Origin: a virus
Taxonomy: Duplodnaviria > Caudoviricetes
IMG/VR virus record: IMGVR_UViG_3300044695_006206
Coordinates: 1-57,596 of that record
Direction: 5' to 3' (one strand)
Length of the DNA stretch: 57,596 nt
The position numbers and the translations under genes were made by a program. The notes under the pieces were generated by a model. The model did not search any database, was not told where the DNA came from, and saw only the letters and a list, made by a program, of their open reading frames with translations. Below are positions 18,225 through 27,760 of this stretch, piece after piece. Positions within the stretch are counted from its first letter, which is position 1, and each line of letters starts with the position of its first letter.

Positions 18225-21200
18225 CTATGCGGTGAGAGCGAGTTGGGTGAAGTTCCCGAGCGGCCCAAGCAGAGCGGATCGAGAGACCACGGTGGAAGTC
18301 CTTCTCGTGGTCGCGTAGAGCGAACGCGAGGACAAGGACTGAGAGACGCCGAACGTAACGACGTCTCCGCTTTCGACGGCCAGCGCAACCTCTACGCGAT
18401 TGCCGACGTGATCATCAAGGCAGAACGTCCCCGCCTCGGAGTCATAGGCAAGCCGCAGGAATCCCCCACCCGAGACGAGTCGGAGGAGGACTTGGTCCTG
18501 CGCAATGAACGTGTCTGCCCGGAAGTCGAAGACGACCGAGAACACGGCCGGGACGCTCACGGTCCAAGCTGCCCTCGTCAGGCCTCCCGTGAGCAGGCCG
18601 TTGTCGAATCGGCACTGCTGATACGAGATGGCCTGTTGCTGCGAGGGCAGCGTCCCCAAGATGCCCGCCAAGGTGTTGTTCAGGCGGAAGCCTTCGATCT
18701 CCGAGGGCTGGAGCGTCGCCGTGTAGCGCGCGATGGACAGGCGCGTCGTGCCAGCCTCACGCTCGCCCAGGACGCCCTGCCAAGTGGCGGACCCGGCTTC
18801 GCCCCACGAGAAGTTCGCCTGCGCCCAGGTGGTGCCGCTGCCGCTCACCGAGGCGGTACTCACCTCGCCCCAGGAGCGCGCGTAGTAACTCGTCGGGAGG
18901 GTGAGCGTCGCGTAGTAGTCTGCTCGGTTGACGTTGTGCCCGTTGATCTTGGCGACTTCGAGGGCGCTGCCGACGACGTTGAAGTCGAGGCGCACACCCG
19001 GGTAGCCGAGGGCGGTCCAGTCGCGCTCCAGAACGATGTTCCGGTTCGGAAGGGGCGCTTGCCTCGTCGAGGCGAAGGCGGCGTTCGTGGAGTAGAGGCT
19101 CGCCGATGAGACGGCCTTGATCCAGTAGGTGACCTCGCCCGCGTTGCGGACCGGATACTGAGTCTCGAAGCGGTTGCCGGCCGTCCGCCCGACGAAGGTC
19201 GCCACAGGCCACGTGTCGCCAGCGCGAATCTCGTACTCGACCCCCACCCCCGCGACCTGTTCCCAGGCGGCGACGAAGTAATCGTCGCGGGCGTAGACAT
19301 GGAACCCGGCCACATCGCCCGGGGCAGCGGGGGCGGCGCTCACGCCAATGGCGGCGAGCGATTCCAGCCCGATCACATCGACCGAGCGGATGAGGAACTG
19401 CTGCTCGACTGCCGCGTTGAGAGCGACGAACAGAGAAGTGCCCGGCACAAGCTCGGACACCATCACCGCGTCGTCCCAGTCAGGGCCGCGCTTGATCCGA
19501 TAGCCTGCAATGTCGAGGGAGGGCGAGGGAGTCCAGGAAAGCTGGACGCCGTCGATCCTGGCGACCGCAGTGAAGTCCTGCGGCGGCTCAGGCGGGGTCG
19601 TCTTGCCCACCACGCGGTGGGTGATCGTGATGGACCAATCGCCTGCGATGTTCGCGTCGGAGATGGCCCGGACGCGAATCTCGTAGTCCAGGCCCGCGAC
19701 GACCCCTGAGATGAAGACCGTCGGCGCGTCGATGCTCACGCGCGGCGCGCCGATCCAGTTCACCGACCCGACGGTACGGAACTGCACCTCGTAGCTCGCC
19801 ACGCGGACCACGCTCGCCTGGGGCGGGGTGATCTGCACGAAGATGCGGTCAACGAGCGTGCCGTCCTGCTGGCGCAGGAGCGCGGTCTCATCGGAGCGCA
19901 CGTCGCCGATGCCGGGCATGGCCGGCTTCGCCTCGGTCGGGGGCGTCTCGACGGTGATGAAGCTATTGTAGGCAGGGATCGGCCCCTGGTCGGCCGTCCA
20001 CACCCCTGGCTGCGCATCGACGAGGGTGAGGCGCGCGGTGAAGTTCGGCCCAGGCTCGATCTTCTTGACCAGCATCGGCGCCGTCTCTCGCGACGCCTCG
20101 CCGAACATCACGAGGTCACCGACCTCGGGCGCGGACCCGGGCGGAATCGGGGTCAGCGGCGCGACGTCCGCAGTGAGGCCCACGCCCGCTGAGACGAGCG
20201 AGATGATCTGGCTGGTGCCGTCGGCGCGGCGCACGCGCAGCACGTAGTTGCGAGCGATGCCCTGGTCGAAGTTCACCTCGTCCTCAAGGGCGATCCCCGT
20301 GACGAAGTTGCTCGCGTTCCTGGTCAGCGAGGCGATGCGGCTCGCGCCAAGACCCACCGAGATGACATCGTGCGAGAACAGGACGTAGTCGCCGAGAGTG
20401 CATCGCACCGCCTCGATGTCCATGCCCACGGTGTGCTGCTCGGGGCGCAGCTTGCCCGAGGCGAGGAAGTAGCGGCCATCGCGGAAGGCCTGGGTCGTCG
20501 AGGTGCAGCCCGGGAGTTCGAGGCTCTCGAAGACCGACGAGTTGTCCGCGTTGCGGCCGTCGTCGTAGACGATGCGCTCATCCTCTTGATACCCCCGCTC
20601 CGGGTTCACGAACTTCACCCGCAGGGCGTGCGGGTAGTCCACGAAGGTCTTGGAGCCTGAGTAGCCGAAGCTGTTCCTCGGCGTGATGTGCTGCACCGGC
20701 ACGTTCTGAGGCACGTCCCGGACGACGGAGAACTTTCCGTCGCGCATGCTGAAGCTCGCCCGCGAATGGCTCGCGATCAGCTTCAGGTTCGTGAAGACCG
20801 AGCCGCCCTCGACCACGCCATCGAAGCACCAGTAAGGCTCGGCGGCGTTCGGCGCCTGTGCATCACAGGCGAGCGCCCAGTCGCGGATCGCGGGGAGGTC
20901 GATGCGGGAGTCCGGGACATAGGACTCCTCCCCCCGCCTGCGCAGGATGTCGGCGTAGGCCCAGGCCGGGTTGCGAGTGATCTGCCACGCCCAGGACGCG
21001 CCGTTGTAGACCGGGAGGTAGGACTCGGCCACGCAGTTGATGCTGTTCGGCACCCCGTTCAGTTGCCCGGTCGCCTTGATGCGCAGCGCGATCAAGGAGA
21101 CGTTCTTCTGAAGGATGGGCTGCGAGTCGGTCACATAGCGCAGCACCGACCAAGCGGCGGCCTCGATGTGCCGGGGCGTGCGCAGTGGCGTGAGGCGGCG

Positions 21201-22382
21201 GACACGGACGTCGTACTGCCCCTTCGCCACGACGAATCGCCCGCTGGCGGTGACGGTGGATGCCTCGTTGGCGGTGACCACCACCTTGCCGGCGGCCTGG
21301 AAGAAGGCGTCCTGTGCGTTCGCCCAGACCGGGTCGATCCAGTCGTTGGTGCCCACCGCGCGATACTGCACCTGGAACTCGACGGTGATCGGATCGCGCC
21401 CGCCCTGGTCGTTGTAGAAGGCGACCCCGGTCGGGAAGGTGATGTCGAGAATGACCTCCGAGGATTCCGGCTCGGTGCGGCGGACGTTGTAGACATCCGG
21501 TTCCAGGCGGATGGAGAGGCTCTGCTGCTCGATGGAGCGGGTGAACAGCGTGAGCGCCGGGTCGTTGGGCCAGCCCTCTCGGACCTCGACCTCCACGCCA
21601 GCGAATGCCGAGAGCGGCGTCTCGCCGATGCGGATGTCCGAGATGCGCAGCGGCCCCCACCCGACGAGCAGCGCCATGCGCAGATATTCGTCGTTGCCCT
21701 GAAGCTCGGTGTAGGGGAGCGAGGCGAGGAGCGGATAGATTCGCCGTTTGCCGAACACGCGAGGGATGTTCGCGTAGGGCGCGAAGCGATTCTGGACGCC
21801 GGTAAGCTGGTAGCGCGGCTGCGAGACCGGGCTGGCATCCGCGCCGAGGTTCAGGTCGTTGCCCGGAATCGTCGGCGGGATCAGCGCGTTGAGCGCCATC
21901 GTCCCGACCATCGTCGCCGCGACGGTGATGGCTGCGGTGGCGGCGACCGCCCCGAAGCTGCTCGCTGCCACCGTGCTGCCCGCAATCGAGGAGGCGAGCG
22001 CAACGCCGTAATACTGGCCGAGCGCGACGGCTGCGACCGCGATGACGATGGAAAGGACCGTTCGGATGGCCTTGTTGCCGCCGCCGCCACCCTGGGGGAT
22101 CACGCGCACATAGACCAAGCGGCCCGCGCGAGGCCTCACCCGCCCCCAGAACTCCCGGGGCACCTCCGCGTCGTCCACCCACACATGGACGTGGTCGCGG
22201 TAGACCTCGGGCAGCCCAAGCCCGGCCACGATCTCGGCGACCGTCATGCCCTGGCCGGCGACCCCGTAGTCGGTGAGCGTCGAGAAGGCGTGCGGCTGAT
22301 ACACCACCGTGGCGCCGGCAGACGCGCGCGTGGCAATCGCCCCGCCTTCGCGCTCCGGTGTCATGGGGGTGATAAGGGTCAT
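18225..22382 (-). CDS. Tail tip / host-specificity protein (lambda J-like, N-terminal gpI-like part, FN3 domains)
   Basis: QNRFAPYANIPRVFG, ALRIKATGQLNG, TRNPAWAYADIL and FN3-like YEIRVRA; position after NlpC/P60. Confidence 0.85.
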   Translation of the reverse strand: MTLITPMTPEREGGAIATRASAGATVVYQPHAFSTLTDYGVAGQGMTVAEIVAGLGLPEVYRDHVHVWVDDAEVPREFWGRVRPRAGRLVYVRVIPQGGGGGNKAIRTVLSIVIAVAAVALGQYYGVALASSIAGSTVAASSFGAVAATAAITVAATMVGTMALNALIPPTIPGNDLNLGADASPVSQPRYQLTGVQNRFAPYANIPRVFGKRRIYPLLASLPYTELQGNDEYLRMALLVGWGPLRISDIRIGETPLSAFAGVEVEVREGWPNDPALTLFTRSIEQQSLSIRLEPDVYNVRRTEPESSEVILDITFPTGVAFYNDQGGRDPITVEFQVQYRAVGTNDWIDPVWANAQDAFFQAAGKVVVTANEASTVTASGRFVVAKGQYDVRVRRLTPLRTPRHIEAAAWSVLRYVTDSQPILQKNVSLIALRIKATGQLNGVPNSINCVAESYLPVYNGASWAWQITRNPAWAYADILRRRGEESYVPDSRIDLPAIRDWALACDAQAPNAAEPYWCFDGVVEGGSVFTNLKLIASHSRASFSMRDGKFSVVRDVPQNVPVQHITPRNSFGYSGSKTFVDYPHALRVKFVNPERGYQEDERIVYDDGRNADNSSVFESLELPGCTSTTQAFRDGRYFLASGKLRPEQHTVGMDIEAVRCTLGDYVLFSHDVISVGLGASRIASLTRNASNFVTGIALEDEVNFDQGIARNYVLRVRRADGTSQIISLVSAGVGLTADVAPLTPIPPGSAPEVGDLVMFGEASRETAPMLVKKIEPGPNFTARLTLVDAQPGVWTADQGPIPAYNSFITVETPPTEAKPAMPGIGDVRSDETALLRQQDGTLVDRIFVQITPPQASVVRVASYEVQFRTVGSVNWIGAPRVSIDAPTVFISGVVAGLDYEIRVRAISDANIAGDWSITITHRVVGKTTPPEPPQDFTAVARIDGVQLSWTPSPSLDIAGYRIKRGPDWDDAVMVSELVPGTSLFVALNAAVEQQFLIRSVDVIGLESLAAIGVSAAPAAPGDVAGFHVYARDDYFVAAWEQVAGVGVEYEIRAGDTWPVATFVGRTAGNRFETQYPVRNAGEVTYWIKAVSSASLYSTNAAFASTRQAPLPNRNIVLERDWTALGYPGVRLDFNVVGSALEVAKINGHNVNRADYYATLTLPTSYYARSWGEVSTASVSGSGTTWAQANFSWGEAGSATWQGVLGEREAGTTRLSIARYTATLQPSEIEGFRLNNTLAGILGTLPSQQQAISYQQCRFDNGLLTGGLTRAAWTVSVPAVFSVVFDFRADTFIAQDQVLLRLVSGGGFLRLAYDSEAGTFCLDDHVGNRVEVALAVESGDVVTFGVSQSLSSRSLYATTRRTSTVVSRSALLGPLGNFTQLALTA

Positions 22383-22383
22383 G

Positions 22384-22797
22384 TCATGCCCTCGGCCGAT
22401 AGAAGCCAACAATGCGCGCCGCCCAGAATGGCCGGCGATAGTCCTCTATGCAGGAGTCGGCACCTTCGAGGCAATGAAGCATGATGCCGGGCGCCACCAC
22501 AAGGCCAACATGGATCGGGTGCCCTCTCATCGCGATGAGAATACCATCACCGAGCCGTTCGCACCCAGGAGGTACCTCGTCGAACTGCCGGGCGTAGGCC
22601 ACCGCGTCCTCGGACAGCCTCGCGGCCCCGATCTGCTGGTGCCAGCCCACGCCCCGGTAGATGGGCAGGGGAGCCGCAAGCTCCCGATCCCAGACGAGGT
22701 TGACCAGCCCCCAACAGTCCACCCCGTCGAAGTCCCGGCCGTACATCTGGTAGGGCAGGCCGACATAGCCGGCGGCCCAGGCGGGAACCTCTGGCAT
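22384..22797 (-). CDS. NlpC/P60 tail assembly protein (gpK-like)
   Basis: YVGLPY...GRD..GVDCWGLV...HVGLVV..G.MLH. Confidence 0.88.
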   Translation of the reverse strand: MPEVPAWAAGYVGLPYQMYGRDFDGVDCWGLVNLVWDRELAAPLPIYRGVGWHQQIGAARLSEDAVAYARQFDEVPPGCERLGDGILIAMRGHPIHVGLVVAPGIMLHCLEGADSCIEDYRRPFWAARIVGFYRPRA

Positions 22798-23267
22798 CAG
22801 AACAGCCCAGGGAACCGGCTCGGGGTCATCGTGTACGTGACCGGCTCGCTGTAGATCGTCTCGAACTGAAGCTGGCCGCTCACCGAGGTCGCGTCGTAGC
22901 TGATCTCGCGCATCGTCATGCCGGTCAGCGTCATCTCGACGGTGTTGGGCGAGGACGCGAGGACTACGTCGATGGTCACCATCGGGGGCGAGGTGATGGA
23001 GCGCACTGCCTGCACCACGCGCCGGTCCACGTTGTCGATCCGAAGCCGCACGGTCGCCGGGTTGTCCGCGTCCTCGTTCGGAAGCTCGAAGTCGAAGGGG
23101 AAGGCCGTGTAGGTCAGGCCCCGGCTCACGATGTCCTCGGTGTTGTTCACCACCCGGATCGCCTCGGGCATGTTGTTGTGTTCGATGGTCAGCAGCACCA
23201 GCCAGACCTCGTCGGTCTGCTGCGCGTTCTGGCTGCGGATCGCGGTCTGGGAGAGCGTGCGGGCCAT
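22797..23267 (-). CDS. Minor tail protein (DUF1833/gpL-like)
   Basis: LLTIEH...IRVVNNTEDI...YTAFPFDFELP...LRIDNV...FPGLF. Confidence 0.8.
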   Translation of the reverse strand: MARTLSQTAIRSQNAQQTDEVWLVLLTIEHNNMPEAIRVVNNTEDIVSRGLTYTAFPFDFELPNEDADNPATVRLRIDNVDRRVVQAVRSITSPPMVTIDVVLASSPNTVEMTLTGMTMREISYDATSVSGQLQFETIYSEPVTYTMTPSRFPGLF

Positions 23268-23270
23268 GAC

Positions 23271-23624
23271 TTAGACCGTCAGCAGCGTGAACGAGACGCG
23301 GGAGTAGAAGCCACCGATCACGGAGTAGGCCGGGGCCGGGTTCTTGAAGCGGAAGGTGGTCGCCACCCGAGTGAGCGGGTGGACCCACTCGAACGGCAGC
23401 GCCCCGCCGCGCAGCGTCGTCAGCCAGAAGGTCTCGAACGTCTCGCGCTGCTGCGGCGTGAGTTCGAGCGTGATGCTGAACTCGCGGATCGCTCGACTGA
23501 ACCGGCGGCGCGACTTCATCGGCCCGGTGTCCATGCCAGACTCGACGGTCTGGCTCTGGAACTTCTCGGCGTAGCCCTGTTCGAGGACGAACTGCGGGAG
23601 GGTGGTTGGATAGACGGCGGTCAT
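23271..23624 (-). CDS. Distal tail / gpM-like minor tail protein
   Basis: MDTGP.KSRRRF...FETFW.TTL.GG.LPF.W.HP; follows the tape measure gene. Confidence 0.75.
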   Translation of the reverse strand: MTAVYPTTLPQFVLEQGYAEKFQSQTVESGMDTGPMKSRRRFSRAIREFSITLELTPQQRETFETFWLTTLRGGALPFEWVHPLTRVATTFRFKNPAPAYSVIGGFYSRVSFTLLTV

Positions 23625-23625
23625 A

Positions 23626-26600
23626 TCACCTCCTCTGGACCGAGCGGCTCACGTTGTAGCTGCTCGAAAGCGTGCGGTCATAGTCGCCATTCGCCATGCC
23701 CTTGCGGACCTCGTCGCGGATCAGCACGGAGATGATGCGGTCGCCGCTCGGCCCCGTCGTCTCCTGCACCGAGGCCGATTCGGAGTCCCTGTTCGAGCGC
23801 ATGTCGTTGATGACCACGGTCACAGCGCCACCACCACCGCCGCTGCGAATGCCGAGAGCGCCGTCCGAGCCGCGCTTCAGGGGCAGGATGGCCTCGGGGC
23901 CAGCCTCGCCCATGAGGCCCGTGCCATTCGACATCGGGAAGGTTGTCGGGCGATTGACAATGCCGCCTGCGTAGAACGGGATCACGTTCCCGGACGCGAA
24001 GGCGTTGCCCTGCCGGTTGCCGATACCGCCCACCATGAGTTCGCCGCCGCCGCCGCCGCCAGCCGGCGTCGGAGTCGTGCCGCCGCCCACGAGGGAGCCG
24101 ATGAGCCGCGTGCCGAACACCTTCGCCATGTTCGCAGCCGCCTCCATGAAGGGCTTCACGCCGATCTCGTAGGTCATCTGTGCGGCGAGGCGCGACACGC
24201 CCTGGCCGAGGCTGCCGAGGAACTCGCGCCCGTTCAGCTTGCCGGTCCTGAACACCGTCTCGAACATGCTCGTGAAGGTGTTCCCGAGCGCCATGATCCC
24301 GCTCTCCAGCGTGTTCATGACGCCGGCCACGCGGCGGGACTGGCGCTCGTACTCGATGGTCTGGCGCTGAATCTGCTCGGTGATCGCAAGCTGCCGTTCG
24401 AGGCGGTCCTGCGGAACCCCGGCGGCCTCAAGCTCGTTGCGCTTCTCCATGAGGGCGTTCTGGACGCGCGCTTCTTCGGTCGTGAGCGTGAGGGTCTGGA
24501 AGCGCTGCTGCACCAGCGCAAGCTGGCGGTTGAGCGCGTCCTCCTGGCCCTGGATGGCTCGGCCATAGTTCGCGTTGTCCTCGCCGCGCATGGCGGTGCC
24601 CAGGGCTTCGCGCTGTGCGGCCGGCACGTTGGCCTGAGCCTGCCGGATGCGGGCCTCAAGCTCGACCAGTTGCCGGGCACGCTCGCTCATCCCCGGAGCG
24701 GACTGGGCCTGGACCGTCGCGGTGCGCTGCTGAATGTCGAGAATCTGCTCGCGGGCGCGCAGTTCTTCTTCGAGGTTGAAGATGCGCAGCCGGTCGCCGC
24801 CAGTCTGCCTGCGAGCGTCCTCCTCGGCCTGGGCGCGGCGCTGGTCGTAGGCCCGCCCGAGCATGGTCATCTGCTCGGTGAGGACGCGAATGCGCGAGGC
24901 GTCTCCGGTCGCCGCCTGGGCGTCGGCCAGACTGTTCTGGGCGTTGGTGCTGTCGGTGATCGCCTTCTTGTAGGCCTCCCACGCAGCGACGAGCTTCGGG
25001 ACGGTGCGAAGCGGGCTGTCAGGGCCGCCGAGGAACCTGAACTCCTCGTTGGCGAGCCGCTGCTGAAGCTGGACCGCACGGATCGCGTTGGCGCCGCGCG
25101 ACTGGGCCTGGGCAAGCTCATTCGTCTGGCCGGTCTGCCGGCGCAGTTCGGTAGTCTGGTCGCGAAGGCCCTGCGCCTCCTGGCCGCCGACGACACCCAG
25201 AGCGTCACGAAAGGTCGTGTTCGGGTCTTGCCGGCGGGTGGTGGTCATAAGCTCCTGAGCGCGGTTCAGGACGCCGGTCGCGTAGCCACTCCCCCCGGTC
25301 TGGCGGCTGAATCGCTCGGTGCGCTCAAGCGCCTCACGAGTCTTGTCGATCTCGTTGCGCAGGCCCTCAAGCTCGATGCGCCCGTTCGCGGCCTGCCGCT
25401 CCAGGGAGCGCAGGAGGTTGCGGTCCTGGTCTTCGGCCGTGCCAGCAGCGATGCGCGCACGGACGCCGAAGAGCGCCTGCTCGACTCGCTCAAGGTTCTG
25501 GCGGGTCGTCAGCAGTCGCTTGTTGAAGCTGTCGAACTCGTTCGCGCCGACCGTAGCCCCCTGGTCGATGAAGGCGCGGGCGATCTTCCGCTCCTCCTCC
25601 GCGATGGCCTGACGGGCTTCCTCGAACTCGCGGCGGTTCTGCGACTGGAGGCGAGCAAGCTCGGCTCGCGCGTTCGCCAAGCCTGCGTCCAGGCTTGCGA
25701 CCATGCGAGCCGAGTCAGAGGCCGGGTTGCCCTCCCGGTCCACGCGGTTGGCGCCAGGAAGGGCGGCGAATCGGTCGCGCCTCGCCTGCAAGTCAGAGAC
25801 GCGGCCCTCCGCGCTTCCGATCTGCTCCATCAGCGTCGGGGGAGCGACGATCTCCGCAGCGCGATTCGCGACGTTCGCGAACAGGTTATTCACCCCGCGA
25901 ACGAACTCCGATGAGTTCCACCGCTGCCCGAGCGTGGCGAACAGCCGGTCATACGAGTCGGCCGCTCGCTGGTTGGCGCGCTCGACCGTGTCCGGGAGCC
26001 GCGCGAACTCATCGTTCGCCCTGCTGGATGCCCGCAGGATCGCATCGAACACGTTGCGGCTGCTCAGTTCGCCGGCCGCGCCCATCGCACGAAGCTGGCC
26101 GACCGACACGCCCAGGCCGTCCGCGATGGCCTTCGCGAGCGCCGGCATGTTCTCCATGATGGAGCGCAGTTCGTCGCCGTTCAGCCGGCCCGAGGCGAGC
26201 GCCTGGGAAAGCTGGAGCATGCCGCTGCCGATCTCGCCTCGGCTTGCGCCAGACACCGCACCGAGCTTCGCGACCGTGTCGGAAAGCTGCGCGATCTCCT
26301 GCCTGGAGGCGCCAAGCTGGTCCGCGTTGCGGGCGATGCGCAGGAAGCTGTCGGCGGCCTCGTTGAAGCCCAGGCCGGTCTCCTGGGTGGCCTTGTAGAG
26401 CGCCCGCATCGTCTCGGTCGCCGCCTGCTGCGAGCCGAGGGCGTTGCGCATCCGCGCGTTGAAGAGGCCGAGCCTATCCTCAGCGGCGGCGAGCGTCTTG
26501 TTCAGTTGGTAGTAGCCGGTCGCGAGTGCCGCGATGCCAGCCCCCACGCCGGCCACCGTCGTGACGATGGGTCCGATGGCCGCGACGAAGCGCCCCGCGC

Positions 26601-26922
26601 CACCAGCGGCGGCCCCGAGCGCCCCGCCCAGGCCCCCGCCGCCACTGCCGCCACCCGCAGCGCCGCCCGCGCCAGCGGCCCCGGCAGCGCCCCCCAGAGC
26701 CGCGCCCAGGCCCGTGACGGCGGGTGTAGCGCCGGCAGCAGCGGTTCCAAGCCCGGTGATGCCCGTGGTGGCCTGCGTGGCGCCCGCGTTGGTCTTCTGG
26801 CCCGCCTGGGTGGCGGCATCGCCCATCTTGCCGAGGCTGACGGCAGCGTCGTCGGCAGCCTTCTTCGTGCGCGCCAGCGGCTCGGTGTTGATGACGAACC
26901 CAAGCTCGAAGTTCTCAGCCAT
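23626..26922 (-). CDS. Tail tape measure protein
   Basis: QLSQALASGRLNGDELRSIMENMP tape-measure motif; C-terminal GLMGEAGPEAILPL.R...G.LG. Confidence 0.93.
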   Translation of the reverse strand: MAENFELGFVINTEPLARTKKAADDAAVSLGKMGDAATQAGQKTNAGATQATTGITGLGTAAAGATPAVTGLGAALGGAAGAAGAGGAAGGGSGGGGLGGALGAAAGGAGRFVAAIGPIVTTVAGVGAGIAALATGYYQLNKTLAAAEDRLGLFNARMRNALGSQQAATETMRALYKATQETGLGFNEAADSFLRIARNADQLGASRQEIAQLSDTVAKLGAVSGASRGEIGSGMLQLSQALASGRLNGDELRSIMENMPALAKAIADGLGVSVGQLRAMGAAGELSSRNVFDAILRASSRANDEFARLPDTVERANQRAADSYDRLFATLGQRWNSSEFVRGVNNLFANVANRAAEIVAPPTLMEQIGSAEGRVSDLQARRDRFAALPGANRVDREGNPASDSARMVASLDAGLANARAELARLQSQNRREFEEARQAIAEEERKIARAFIDQGATVGANEFDSFNKRLLTTRQNLERVEQALFGVRARIAAGTAEDQDRNLLRSLERQAANGRIELEGLRNEIDKTREALERTERFSRQTGGSGYATGVLNRAQELMTTTRRQDPNTTFRDALGVVGGQEAQGLRDQTTELRRQTGQTNELAQAQSRGANAIRAVQLQQRLANEEFRFLGGPDSPLRTVPKLVAAWEAYKKAITDSTNAQNSLADAQAATGDASRIRVLTEQMTMLGRAYDQRRAQAEEDARRQTGGDRLRIFNLEEELRAREQILDIQQRTATVQAQSAPGMSERARQLVELEARIRQAQANVPAAQREALGTAMRGEDNANYGRAIQGQEDALNRQLALVQQRFQTLTLTTEEARVQNALMEKRNELEAAGVPQDRLERQLAITEQIQRQTIEYERQSRRVAGVMNTLESGIMALGNTFTSMFETVFRTGKLNGREFLGSLGQGVSRLAAQMTYEIGVKPFMEAAANMAKVFGTRLIGSLVGGGTTPTPAGGGGGGELMVGGIGNRQGNAFASGNVIPFYAGGIVNRPTTFPMSNGTGLMGEAGPEAILPLKRGSDGALGIRSGGGGGAVTVVINDMRSNRDSESASVQETTGPSGDRIISVLIRDEVRKGMANGDYDRTLSSSYNVSRSVQRR

Positions 26923-27274
26923 CAGCCACGTCCTCGCTCAGAGTTCTCAGGTAGGCGTCGTCCAGGCCCCGAAGCGCGTCCAACTCCCACCCATCCAGGC
27001 TCATCCTGTGTAGCCGAACCCAGGCGTCGATTTCGAGATAACTGATTGGGTTCGGCCCTGCCATGCCGGCGGTGCGGGCCAGATGAAGCTGGTAGAAGAC
27101 CGACCAGAGGAATCGGCCTTCCGATGGAAGCGGAGGGCTGGCGGCGATCAGCTTTCGCCCGGTGGCGCGCTCGACCGCAGCGTAGTGGTCGGCGACGCTC
27201 CCACCGCCAGCCTGCTTCGAGAGTCCGAACTGATATCGCGCGAACGCGATCAGTTCCCGGACGACGCCCTCGTA
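26915..27274 (-). CDS. Tail assembly chaperone gpT-like frame (reached by -1 frameshift)
   Basis: Frame absent from the ORF track: YEGVVRELIAFAR...LWSVFYQL...GPNPISYLEIDAW..L....L..WELDALRGLDDAYL. Confidence 0.75.
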   Translation of the reverse strand, partial: YEGVVRELIAFARYQFGLSKQAGGGSVADHYAAVERATGRKLIAASPPLPSEGRFLWSVFYQLHLARTAGMAGPNPISYLEIDAWVRLHRMSLDGWELDALRGLDDAYLRTLSEDVADG

Positions 27275-27696
27275 AAATTGGCGCGGTTCGCAATGAAGGC
27301 CTCGACCTGTTCGCGGATGACCGGGTAGCGGTCGTAGAGCTTGCAGGCGTTCTCCACGGAGAACGGGATGGCCTCACCCTGGGGAGTCAGCACGTTCTCC
27401 CAGGTCGATGTGCAGGCCGCGCTGAACTCGATGTTCCGGCGCATCGCCTCCTCGAACTCGTCGTCCGAGGGAGCCGCCGCCGGGGTGTCGCCAGAGGCGG
27501 CGCGCTTCGCCATCGCCGCACGGGTCTGGTCGCGCACCACGCTTCGGACGTGCGTGCTGTCCATGCCGCGCAGGGTGATCCGCACCGGCTGCCCGTTGCG
27601 CGCCAGGAGCGGGCTTCCATCGAACTTCTTGATGGTCAGCGGCACGCCCTGCTCGGCGAGGGCCTTCGTGTCAATTTCGGCGAAGTCGAAGTTCAT
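27250..27696 (-). CDS. Tail assembly chaperone (gpG-like)
   Basis: Lies between tail tube and tape measure; ends IREQVEAFIANRANF. Confidence 0.8.
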   Translation of the reverse strand: MNFDFAEIDTKALAEQGVPLTIKKFDGSPLLARNGQPVRITLRGMDSTHVRSVVRDQTRAAMAKRAASGDTPAAAPSDDEFEEAMRRNIEFSAACTSTWENVLTPQGEAIPFSVENACKLYDRYPVIREQVEAFIANRANFTRASSGN

Positions 27697-27760
27697 TGCT
27701 TCCTCTGGCTTTCTGGGATGAGAGGACGGGGGCGGCAGAGCCGCCGCCCCCTTCCGTGGG

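Noticed and set aside
13645-22382. Diversity-generating retroelement or invertase-based tail switching
   Set aside because: No reverse transcriptase, serine invertase or template/variable repeat pair was seen.
26560-26800. Gly/Ala-rich low-complexity stretch as a separate repeat element
   Set aside because: It is an in-frame linker within the tape measure protein.
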